Source of the DNA: Methanobacteriota archaeon
Lineage (GTDB): Archaea; Methanobacteriota; Methanobacteria; Methanobacteriales; Methanobacteriaceae
Assembly: GCA_963787255.1 (NCBI GenBank)
Contig: CAWBCJ010000025.1
Coordinates: forward strand, 192,001 to 256,000
Reading direction: 5' to 3'
DNA: 64,000 nucleotides
The translations under genes were made by a program, and so were the position numbers. Below are positions 9,344 through 18,653 of this stretch, one piece after another. The notes beneath the pieces were generated by a model. The model was given only the letters and a program-made list of their open reading frames with translations, ran no database searches and had not been told where the DNA came from. The stretch's first letter is position 1, and every line of letters begins with the position of its first letter.

Positions 9344-9967
9344 CTACTGGTCATGATAACATGGAATACAGAAATAATCTTCATCTATTTTTTTTACTCT
9401 ATGTTTTGAAACCATTTCACCGCATTTTCGACATTTAACAGATTTAAATATCCTTGCTTTTTCAGGTATTTCGGCTTTAACATGTTCAACATTAAATATC
9501 TGATCCGGGGAGAGATTAATAATTTCATTTGAGACTTTAACAATAATTTTCTTTAAATCTTCCTTTTCAGATTCACTGGCATCTCCAGATTTTACCCTTT
9601 CTCGAAGTTTACTTAAGTTTGGGTCAATATTATCAATGCTAAATGAATTTTTCATTGATATACGCACTGAATCTTCAGTTTCACGATTTATAAACGTATA
9701 ATCTTGTTTTCCAAAGTCTTGAAATACCAAATTACCTTTACCAAAGGTACAGCCAGTAAGTACCTGTATTGCATCAACAGCGCATGTATCATTTTCCGTA
9801 ATACAGACAAGTTCTTCATCAACAGTTTTTTTAGATGATAGTTCTTTAATTGCGATTTCTGCAGCTTTGTATCCAATTGCGGATCCTGGACACACATGAC
9901 CATGAAACTCAGTTACATCTGAAAATGGCTTAATTTTATAATTTGAATTATTGGTTGTGCTTTTCAT
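9344..9967 (-). CDS. fmdE: FmdE/FwdE family protein with C-terminal zinc finger
   Basis: FHGHVCPG, CAVDAIQ, GCTFGKGNL and C-terminal CxxC...CxxC. Confidence 0.88.
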   Translation of the reverse strand: MKSTTNNSNYKIKPFSDVTEFHGHVCPGSAIGYKAAEIAIKELSSKKTVDEELVCITENDTCAVDAIQVLTGCTFGKGNLVFQDFGKQDYTFINRETEDSVRISMKNSFSIDNIDPNLSKLRERVKSGDASESEKEDLKKIIVKVSNEIINLSPDQIFNVEHVKAEIPEKARIFKSVKCRKCGEMVSKHRVKKIDEDYFCIPCYHDQ

Positions 9968-10030
9968 ATTATATTACTACATTTTTATTGATTTATATTG
10001 ATTTTGTTATTTAATCATTAAATTATAATG

Positions 10031-10507
10031 TTACCAATTAATTAATAACAAAAATAGAAGTATTATCCATGTTCCAGCTACATAAAGAGTTCCAGGTATC
10101 ATATGTGCCCTAAATTCGTTTCGTTTATCATCTAAAACTTCATTTCTTTCTTTTTTTGATAAAAACTTTTCAGGAGAGAGGTATAAAAATGCCTCAAAAA
10201 TTCGGTAATATCCAAAATCAAAAAAAGCAAGTAAACCAACTAAAACTATATTAGTGACACCTAAGAGGCTTGGATTAAATGGAGTTTCATTCATTCCCAG
10301 TAAAACATAGAAAATAGCGAAATTTAAAAGTGGAAAAATATGTAAAACTGTCCAAGATAATAATAATCTTCTAAGAGCATAAATTCTTCCTTTCCATACT
10401 TTGTAAGTGTCATAAGGATTATAATTACGGTTAGCCCTATCAATTATTAAAGTAAAATAAATTGCAAATATTAAAATAAATAATTGTTGAGCTTCAGTTA
10501 CAGGCAT
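10031..10507 (-). CDS. hypothetical integral membrane protein
   Basis: About 4 hydrophobic segments; likely start ATG 10507 behind GGGA. Confidence 0.7.
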   Translation of the reverse strand: MPVTEAQQLFILIFAIYFTLIIDRANRNYNPYDTYKVWKGRIYALRRLLLSWTVLHIFPLLNFAIFYVLLGMNETPFNPSLLGVTNIVLVGLLAFFDFGYYRIFEAFLYLSPEKFLSKKERNEVLDDKRNEFRAHMIPGTLYVAGTWIILLFLLLINW

Positions 10508-10687
10508 ATTATAGATTCCCTTTTTTTTGTATGGTCTTATAAAAATCAATATAATATTTTTTAAATTAAAAGTAATAAGTTTAATTATTTATATTATTCT
10601 ATTAAACATAAAAATATCTAATTAACTGCACTCTTATGTAATTAGCCAATAATAATTTAAAATGAATAATTTAAGGAGGAGATATAA

Positions 10688-11104
10688 TTGGAATATGCTT
10701 TTCACGCTAAAGGACACCCTAACGTTACATCAGCCCATAAATCAACCTTCGAGGTAACAATGGATAAAGAGATCGGAATAAAAGCTGACTGCATTGTAGG
10801 AGTTTCATCAGAAGCTAAACTAGAAGAATTACCTAATAAACTTCAAGAAGCAATAAAAAACGAAAATAATATTATAAAAGTCCAACTTGAAACAGAAAAT
10901 GCCTTTGATGAAATTACGGGATATGGTCATCCGGAATTAACACTGAATCATCCAACAGATATGGTCTGCAGAAAAAGCGAATTTAAATGCAGTAGAACAT
11001 TGATGATAAAATCAGATAAAGCTGCAATAGACCTTAAAAAAGAATTAATTGATGATTTAAAAAAAGGAAAAGATTTAAAAGTAAAAATAATTGTAATAAA
11101 TTAA
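10688..11104 (+). CDS. DUF371 family protein
   Basis: AKGHPNVTSAHKSTFEVT, DCIVGV, DMVCRKS, SDKAAIDL; TTG start behind GGAGGAG. Confidence 0.88.
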   Translation: MEYAFHAKGHPNVTSAHKSTFEVTMDKEIGIKADCIVGVSSEAKLEELPNKLQEAIKNENNIIKVQLETENAFDEITGYGHPELTLNHPTDMVCRKSEFKCSRTLMIKSDKAAIDLKKELIDDLKKGKDLKVKIIVIN

Positions 11105-11118
11105 CGGAGTAATCTTAT

Positions 11119-11199
11119 ATGAGTATAGAAGGAGCAATAATTGGAGCAGTGGCCGGTGCACTTTTTGTTTTAGTATTAGCCAAAATCTTAAATAGGTGA
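11119..11199 (+). CDS. 26-aa single-helix membrane miniprotein (not in ORF track)
   Basis: MSIEGAIIGAVAGALFVLVLAKILNR*; GGAG upstream; its stop overlaps the AGGTGA RBS of the next gene. Confidence 0.6.
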   Translation: MSIEGAIIGAVAGALFVLVLAKILNR

Positions 11200-11203
11200 T
11201 AAA

Positions 11204-11515
11204 TTGGATGCTATTTACGAAAAGGTAAAGTTATTCATTGAAGATAATGGTGATAATTATCATTTGTGCGAGATAGAGGATTTATTAGGCATTAATGAAG
11301 AAACACTTTTAGAAATATTAAGAGAACTTAAAAAAGACAACATAATAACAGAAGATCATTATTTTGAAACAGGTTGTTTAAACAACAAAATCTGTTCTGA
11401 TTGCTTTGAACCTATGGAACACGAGGATACAGAGCTTAAGGAAACTCCTGAAGGGGAAATTCATTATAAACATGTATATAGATGCCATAAATGCATGAAG
11501 AAAGAGTATTATTAG
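11204..11515 (+). CDS. small protein with HTH-like N-terminus and zinc ribbon
   Basis: LCEIEDLLGINEETLLEILRELKKDNII (wHTH-like) followed by CSDC...CHKC. Confidence 0.7.
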   Translation: MDAIYEKVKLFIEDNGDNYHLCEIEDLLGINEETLLEILRELKKDNIITEDHYFETGCLNNKICSDCFEPMEHEDTELKETPEGEIHYKHVYRCHKCMKKEYY

Positions 11516-11635
11516 TTTTAAATTGCAATTATACGTTTAAATAAAAATAGTACTAATTATAGCAATGCAATTTTTTAAGTTTTTGGTTCCAGAAAAATAA
11601 GTTTTCTAGGGACTTTTTCATAGAAAAAGATAGGA

Positions 11636-11720
<85 letters not shown>

Positions 11721-11773
11721 TTATTCAAATGTTAAAAGTAACATTAGAACATACCATAGTTTTTCTGTTTACA

Positions 11774-11789
11774 TATTTAAATGTTTTCA
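11774..11789 (-). promoter_or_regulatory. BRE/TATA promoter of tRNA-Leu
   Basis: TGAAAACA-TTTAAATA on the minus strand, about 55 nt upstream of the mature tRNA 5' end. Confidence 0.55.
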
Positions 11790-11868
11790 TTTATCTGACA
11801 CTGTTTTCACACATTAAATCAAAATTTGAATACAAAAATTGAATAAAACTAAATAATAGAGCTTTAAA

Positions 11869-11997
11869 TTACTCTTCTTTTTTCATTGGTTGTTGGCAGC
11901 ATATTATTGCACATTCATCACAGCCACATGGCTCTTCTACAACTACAACCATTCCACATTCTTCACATTTATATTTTTCACCTTTTTCAGATGCCAT
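11869..11997 (-). CDS. desulforedoxin-like Cys-rich miniprotein, 42 aa (not in ORF track)
   Basis: MASEKGEKYKCEECGMVVVVEEPCGCDECAIICCQQPMKKEE*; YKCxxCG...CCxxPM desulforedoxin pattern; RBS AGGTGA. Confidence 0.85.
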   Translation of the reverse strand: MASEKGEKYKCEECGMVVVVEEPCGCDECAIICCQQPMKKEE

Positions 11998-12109
11998 TTT
12001 TATCACCTTTATATAGTTTTTAAAGTTAATTAGCTATAATTTATGTAAAGAATTATAAATTAACTTGATCATTAAAATTATAACATAGCTCATTGAAGGA
12101 TATTTTTCT

Positions 12110-12394
12110 ATGAAAGCAGTTAAAGAAATTGATGAAGGAATTTTGGTAGATATAGAAGTTTCTACAAAGTCAAATCAGTTTGAAATAGCAGGATATAATG
12201 AATGGAGAGAAAGAATTGAAATAAGAATAAAATCTTCACCCCTTAAAGGAAAAGCAAATAAAGAAATAATTAATGAATTCTCAAAACTTACAAAAAAAGA
12301 TGTAGAAATAACTTCTGGACATAAAAGCAGACAAAAGACTTTAAAAATATTCAAAATGTCTAAAGAGGAGTTTATAGATATCTTAGATATATAA
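12110..12394 (+). CDS. DUF167/YggU family protein
   Basis: PLKGKANKEII and ITSGHKSRQK motifs. Confidence 0.88.
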   Translation: MKAVKEIDEGILVDIEVSTKSNQFEIAGYNEWRERIEIRIKSSPLKGKANKEIINEFSKLTKKDVEITSGHKSRQKTLKIFKMSKEEFIDILDI

Positions 12395-12744
12395 AATAAA
12401 TTTCGTCATCATTTTATCTCTTAAACTACACTTTATTAGTAAATAGTTCCTAATTTATTATTTGCCACACTAATAATAATAGACAATATTAACTAAATTT
12501 TTATATATCCTGCTTATTAAATATTAATATTAAATTAATATGTGTTAAATAGATTAACGGCTCATAATAATATGATGATACAATTGGATAAAAGCAAAAA
12601 TTATTCAAGCAGTATAAAATCTATAAAAAAAATCATTTTGTATTAATAAATTAAAAAGGTTTATAAGACATTCTAGATTTAATATAAATGTTATAATTTT
12701 AAATTTATAAAATAATTCCATATTAAAGTGAAGGTGAATATAAA

Positions 12745-13590
12745 ATGAAAGCGGTGATACCAGCTGCTGGACTTGGTACTAGATTTTTACCAGCTACAAA
12801 AGCACAACCAAAGGAAATGTTACCAGTTTTTAATAAACCAACAATACAATACGTGGTAGAAGAAGCTGTGTCTTCTGGAATTGACGATATTTTAATAATA
12901 ACTGGAAAAGGAAAACGTTCTATAGAGGATCACTTTGATAGGGCTTTTGAACTGGAATATTTCCTAAAAAATGGCGGTAAAACTGATTATCTCAAAGAAG
13001 TAGAATCTATATCTGAACTTGCAGATATTTATTACGTCAGACAAAAACAGCAGAAAGGACTTGGAGATGCAATATCTTGTGCTAAAAAACACATTGACGG
13101 TGAAGCATTTGCAGTTTTACTAGGTGATACCATTGCCCAATCAGAAATTCCATGCACTAAACAGCTTATGAACGTATATGACAAGTATAAATCCACAGTA
13201 ATTGCCATAGAAGAAGTTCCTGACGAAAGAGTGGAAAGATATGGTATTATAAATGGTAAAAAAATAGAGGATTCGCTTTATAAAATTGAAGATCTAGTAG
13301 AAAAACCTAAATTGGAAGATGCACCATCAAATTTAGGAATTATAGGAAGATACATATTAGCTCCAGAGATATTTGATCATATTAATGAAATTCCTCCAGG
13401 TGTTGGAGGCGAAATTCAGCTTACAGATGCTTTAAGACTTTTTGAAGAAAGTTACGGCTGCATATTCGACGGTAAAATCCATGATATTGGAAATACAGTT
13501 GACTGGCTTAAAAGTTCCATTGAAATTGCATTAGAAGATGATAAAGTGAACATAGAGCTAAGAGAATATTTAATGAATATTTTAAAATAA
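12745..13590 (+). CDS. galU: UTP-glucose-1-phosphate uridylyltransferase
   Basis: KAVIPAAGLGTRFLPATKAQPKEMLP, GLGDA, VEKP, GEIQLTDA. Confidence 0.95.
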   Translation: MKAVIPAAGLGTRFLPATKAQPKEMLPVFNKPTIQYVVEEAVSSGIDDILIITGKGKRSIEDHFDRAFELEYFLKNGGKTDYLKEVESISELADIYYVRQKQQKGLGDAISCAKKHIDGEAFAVLLGDTIAQSEIPCTKQLMNVYDKYKSTVIAIEEVPDERVERYGIINGKKIEDSLYKIEDLVEKPKLEDAPSNLGIIGRYILAPEIFDHINEIPPGVGGEIQLTDALRLFEESYGCIFDGKIHDIGNTVDWLKSSIEIALEDDKVNIELREYLMNILK

Positions 13591-13733
13591 CTTAACATAA
13601 TTTTATTCATTGAACTACTTCTTTTTTTTAACTGATATAAACAGATATATAAGTTATAATCATAAATTGACATTATAATTAACTATTTATGATTTTAAAT
13701 ATTATTCTAAAAAAATAATGAAAAAGTGATTTT

Positions 13734-14861
13734 ATGATGATTTCAATTGTTATTCCTGCATTAAATGAAGAAGGGATTGTCGGTAAGACCGTCAAATCAG
13801 TTCCAGTAGAAAAATTAAGGAAAAATGGACTTGATGTGGAGATAGTTGTAGTAAATAATGCATCAACTGATAACACTGCCCAGGAAGCTAGTGAAGCTGG
13901 GGCAAGAGTAGTACTAGGGAAAAAGAGAGGATATGGAAACGCTTATTTAAAGGGATTTAGTGAAGCCAAAGGAGATATAATTGTAATGGGAGATGCAGAT
14001 GGCACATATCCCTTTGAAATAACATATGAATTCATTCAACCTATTTTAAAAGGAGAAGCAGACTTTGTAATGGGTTCCCGGCTTAAAGGAGATATAAAAA
14101 AAGGAGCAATGCCAGCATTACATAGATATATAGGAAACCCATTCCTCACATGGATGTTAAACAGTTTATTCGGAGCAGGGATTTCTGACTCTCATTGTGG
14201 GATGCGAGCCCTAAAAAAAGAAACAATAAAAAAATTAGACCTTAAAAGCGGTGGAATGGAATTTGCCTCAGAAATGGTCATTGAAGCAGCTCGTAAAAAC
14301 ATTAAAATAGCTGAAATTCCAATTAATTACTATCCACGAGAAGGGGAATCCAAACTAAGCTCTTTTGCAGACGGATGGAGGCATCTAAGATTCATGATGC
14401 TTTACAGGCCAACACCATTTCTTCTTGGGCCAGGAATTATAGTTTTAATTTTAGGAATAACCCTAACTTTAGGAGTTGCACTTGGATTTCAATCAAGATT
14501 ACACACATTTATTCTGGGTAGTCTTCTTCTTATAATTGGATACCAGATGCTTCTAGCATGGATACAATTCGGAGCATTTGGAGAGGTATATGGAATTACA
14601 AAAACTTCTCCAACAATAAAAAAAATTATGAATTACCATTCACTTGGACGAGAATTAGGTTTAGGCCTGATCCTTCTCCTTGCAGGAGTAGCTGTTGGAC
14701 TTAAGGTCCTATTTAGCTGGAGTGCAGGTGGATTCGGAGCTCTTTCTCAGATACAGTATTCTATAATGGCTCTTATATTATCTATCCTTGGAATTCAAAC
14801 AATTTTCTCCGGAATGTTCTTGAGCTTGCTGTTATTGAATTACGATGAAGAATCAGACTGA
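13734..14861 (+). CDS. GT2 polyprenol-phosphate glycosyltransferase (DPM/DPG-synthase-like) with C-terminal TM helices
   Basis: [43 protein letters not shown], then about 4 TM helices. Confidence 0.88.
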   Translation: MMISIVIPALNEEGIVGKTVKSVPVEKLRKNGLDVEIVVVNNASTDNTAQEASEAGARVVLGKKRGYGNAYLKGFSEAKGDIIVMGDADGTYPFEITYEFIQPILKGEADFVMGSRLKGDIKKGAMPALHRYIGNPFLTWMLNSLFGAGISDSHCGMRALKKETIKKLDLKSGGMEFASEMVIEAARKNIKIAEIPINYYPREGESKLSSFADGWRHLRFMMLYRPTPFLLGPGIIVLILGITLTLGVALGFQSRLHTFILGSLLLIIGYQMLLAWIQFGAFGEVYGITKTSPTIKKIMNYHSLGRELGLGLILLLAGVAVGLKVLFSWSAGGFGALSQIQYSIMALILSILGIQTIFSGMFLSLLLLNYDEESD

Positions 14862-14984
14862 TTTTAAGGTTCTGATGAAAATTTCTTTATTTATTCGTTA
14901 TTTACCATTTTATTAGAAGTAGAATAAAAAAAATGAACATATAAGAATTAGCAAAAAGCTTTCTAAAAGAGATAAGGGGATATT

Positions 14985-15884
14985 ATGAAATTTGATATAA
15001 GTGTGATACTTCTAACAAAAAATGGAGGTATTAGACTACGACATTTAATGGAAAGCTTAAAAAAGCAAAAATTTCAAGGTAATGTAGAAATAATTGCAGT
15101 AGATTCTGGTTCAGAAGATAATACAATAAAAATTTTAGAAGAATATGAAGCTAAAATATTTCAAATAAATCCTGAAGAATTCCATCATAGTAAAACAAGA
15201 AATTTTGGAGCTGAAAAATCAAATGGCAAAGTTTTAATCTATTTAACCCAAGATGCATTGCCTTTAAATGATCATCTTTTTGAAGATTTATTAAAACCAT
15301 TAACTAAAGATAATGCTTCTGCAACCTATGGGAGACAAATAGCTAATCTTGATGCTAAAAAAGTAGATAAATTTTTTTATTCTTATTTTTATCCTGAAAA
15401 AAGAAAAATTTTAAAGAAAAGATTGATAAAAAATCCTAGAAAATTTTATATAGAAAACGTTTTTATATCTGATGTATGTTCAGCTATAAAAAGAGAAATA
15501 TGGGAAAAAATAGGGTTTCAAGACGATGTTCCCATGGCCGAAGATAAAGATTTTGCTCTAAGAGTCTTGAAAGCAGGATATAAAATTGTTTATGAGCCTA
15601 AAGCTGCTGTATATCATTCTCATAACTATACTTTAGCTTCACTATTTAAAAGGCGATTTAAAGATGGAGGTGCATTTTCAAATATTGCACTTCAAGGTGA
15701 AGGAAATTTTGTAAAAAAAGGATTAAATTATTTTATAGAGGAAATAAAGTTTTTTTTAAGGAATAAATACTTTGCAGCATTAATTTATGCTTTAGTATAC
15801 AATTTTGTATATTTCTTTGGATTTCAACTTGGAACTTATGAAAAAAAAATACCAAATTTCATTAAGGATAAAATATCTGAATAA
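14985..15884 (+). CDS. GT2 glycosyltransferase (rhamnosyltransferase-like)
   Basis: VDSGSED, FHHSKTRN, LTQDA, YGRQ, AEDKDF, VYHSHNY. Confidence 0.85.
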   Translation: MKFDISVILLTKNGGIRLRHLMESLKKQKFQGNVEIIAVDSGSEDNTIKILEEYEAKIFQINPEEFHHSKTRNFGAEKSNGKVLIYLTQDALPLNDHLFEDLLKPLTKDNASATYGRQIANLDAKKVDKFFYSYFYPEKRKILKKRLIKNPRKFYIENVFISDVCSAIKREIWEKIGFQDDVPMAEDKDFALRVLKAGYKIVYEPKAAVYHSHNYTLASLFKRRFKDGGAFSNIALQGEGNFVKKGLNYFIEEIKFFLRNKYFAALIYALVYNFVYFFGFQLGTYEKKIPNFIKDKISE

Positions 15885-16013
15885 TTGGTTAAAAATAAAA
15901 TCAAAAGGTTTATTGCCCATCAAAAACTTAAAATATACTCAAATTCTCAATTAATTATCAATTCCGTCAATTTTATCAATTCAGTTTATTACATAAATGG
16001 AGATTTAAAAAAA

Positions 16014-17285
16014 ATGAAAGTTGCCTATATAGCACCCCAATATCTTCCAAGTACAAGTGGGGATGTAAGAGAATTACATAACATTGCTAGTAAAATAAAT
16101 AATATAAAAGCTACTGTTTTCACTACTGACGCTGGCTCTGAAGACGCTATTTTTTCAAATAAAGGTGTAATCAAAAAAGAGAAAATTGAATTTATAGACG
16201 GTGTTGAAATCAGAAGATATCCAATTGAAATGAGATTTCTATCGTTTTTTAAATTTTTAGCAAACAAAGATCGGTTCATGAAAAGCACGGACGAAATAAA
16301 TGATTATATTAAAAATTTTAAAAGTAATAAATTTACAAATTTTATAGAAACTTTAGTTCCAAGCCCTCCAATTTCAAGAAAACTGTATAAAAGCCTGTTA
16401 CAGGCAAAAGATTACGATTTGTATCACGTTTACGGAATTCCATTAAGCCATGCTTTATATGCTTACAAAGCTTCTATAAAAAATAAAATTCCACTTTTGA
16501 TAAACCCTGCTTTTCATACTTCAGATAAATTTTATTATAAAAACTCAAATTTTAAAATCCTAAAACATGCAGACGCCATAATAGCTAATACAGCTGCAGA
16601 AATCAGAGTTTATGAATCATTTGGTGTTGATCCAAATAAAATTCATGTAGTAGGATGCGGAATTGACCTGGAATCATATTCTAATCCTAACAATTCTGAA
16701 ATTAAAAAAATAAAAGATAAATATTCATTTGAAGAATACGAACTAAATTTACTTTTTCTAAGTCGTTTACAAAAGGAAAAGGGAATATTCAACGTCATAG
16801 AATCAGTAATTAAATTAAACAAAGAAAATAAGAAAGTACAATTATTGATTGCTGGATCAAACTACGAAAATAATTCTGAAATTATTAAAAATCTTAGCAG
16901 AAAACATGATTTTATAAAATATTTAGGACGTATTTCAGAAGAAAAAAAGATAAATATTATGCATGCTTGTGATGCTCTAACTGTTCCTTCAATTGTAGAT
17001 TCATTTGGTATAATTTACATAGAAAGTTGGGCATGTAAAAAACCCATTATTGGTGCGGATATTCCATCTACTAGATCTTTAATTTCCTATGGAAAGGATG
17101 GATTCTATACTAAATATAATGATAATGATTCTTTAATCGAAAAAATTGAATATTTCTTAGAAAATCCTGACGAAATAACCACGATGGGAAATAATGGATA
17201 TGCAAAAGTTAAAAAAAATTATGTTGATAAAGAAATTTTTAAGAAAACTTATCAAATATACATGAAAATTATAAATCAATATTAA
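16014..17285 (+). CDS. GT4 glycosyltransferase
   Basis: LSRLQKEKG and PSIVDSFGIIYIESWACKKP; start placed at ATG 16014 behind GGAG. Confidence 0.88.
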   Translation: MKVAYIAPQYLPSTSGDVRELHNIASKINNIKATVFTTDAGSEDAIFSNKGVIKKEKIEFIDGVEIRRYPIEMRFLSFFKFLANKDRFMKSTDEINDYIKNFKSNKFTNFIETLVPSPPISRKLYKSLLQAKDYDLYHVYGIPLSHALYAYKASIKNKIPLLINPAFHTSDKFYYKNSNFKILKHADAIIANTAAEIRVYESFGVDPNKIHVVGCGIDLESYSNPNNSEIKKIKDKYSFEEYELNLLFLSRLQKEKGIFNVIESVIKLNKENKKVQLLIAGSNYENNSEIIKNLSRKHDFIKYLGRISEEKKINIMHACDALTVPSIVDSFGIIYIESWACKKPIIGADIPSTRSLISYGKDGFYTKYNDNDSLIEKIEYFLENPDEITTMGNNGYAKVKKNYVDKEIFKKTYQIYMKIINQY

Positions 17286-17318
17286 AGTTAGATTTATAAT
17301 GGAAACAGGGATGATTTA

Positions 17319-18534
17319 GTGAAGATCTGTATGATATCCAGTTTGTATCCCCCGTTTATAATGGGTGGTGCTGAAATAAGTGTTAGAAGAATAGTGGAAA
17401 AATTATTGGAAAGGGGTCATGAAGTTTTAGTTATCACAACAAGTCCTGATAATGAATTACACATAGAAAAAAAAGATAAATTAAAAATTTATAGGATCAA
17501 TCCGCTAAATCTTTATGCTTTTTATAGTTTTAAGAATAAATCAAATTTTCAAAGACTTATTTGGCATATATTTGATTTATGGAATCCTACTTCCTATAAA
17601 CTTGTCAAAAACATTTTAAATGAAGAAAAACCGGATGTTGTACATGTACACAATTTTAAAGGACTTTCAAGTTCAATATTTAGAGCTATTAGCAGCTTAA
17701 AATTGCCTACTTTATTTACCATGCATGATTGTTCATTGATATGTCCCAGATCTAATCTATTAAATGGTAATGGAGAAAAATGTGTTAAGCCAAATAAATT
17801 ATGTATTTTATACGGTAAATTTCAAAAATTTTCTATAGAAAACAATGTTAATTGTGTTAATGCACCGTCTCAATTCATAATAAATAAAATTAAAAGTTAT
17901 GGATTCTTTAAAAATGTTAAAAATATTAAAACTCCTCTTGGTATTGAAATTACTAATGAAAAATCAAAAAAGAATTATGAAATTATAGATATACTATATG
18001 TAGGCTCCCTTAGTCTACATAAAGGAGTCCACATTCTAATAAATGCATTTAAAAAATTAAAACAGGAGAATATCCGACTTCATATTGTTGGTGAAGGAGC
18101 AGATGCAGAATCACTGAAGAATATGGCAGATAATGATAAAAGAATAACTTTCCATGGTTATAGGGAGAGTGAAGAACTCTTTAATTTTTATAAAAAAGCA
18201 AATATCACAATTGTACCATCTATTTGCTATGATAACTCCCCAATGGTAATTTATGAGAGTTTAATGCAGGGAACTCCTGTTATTGGAAGTAGAATTGGCG
18301 GAATTCCAGAACTGATTGAAGAAGGATATAATGGGTTTTTATTTGAACCAGATAATATTGATGAATTAGAAAAAATACTCAGTAATCTGACCAAAAGATC
18401 CTTCCAGATTAAAAAAATTGGAAAATGGCGCTTTTGATTCTGGAAAAAAATATGACATGGATATGCACATACAAAAGTTAGAACAATTATATGAAAGTTT
18501 ATTAACATCTAAAAATACTGAGAAAATAACTTAA
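17319..18534 (+). CDS. GT4 glycosyltransferase, +1 frameshift near 18393-18396
   Basis: GGAE, HVHN, GSLSLHKG, SPMVIYE, GGIPE. Removing one A from ACCAAAAGAT restores a typical C-terminus KDPSRLKKLENGAFDSGKKYD...LEQLYESL ending at TAA 18534. Confidence 0.85.
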
Positions 18535-18653
18535 AATAAAATTAAAATGATCTATAAAGTTCTTATTTTCATGATATTATTCAAATAATTTATTCAGTAA
18601 TCGAAGAGATACATTTAAATTGGCAAAACAGTTGAAAACATTGGAGAATAGAT

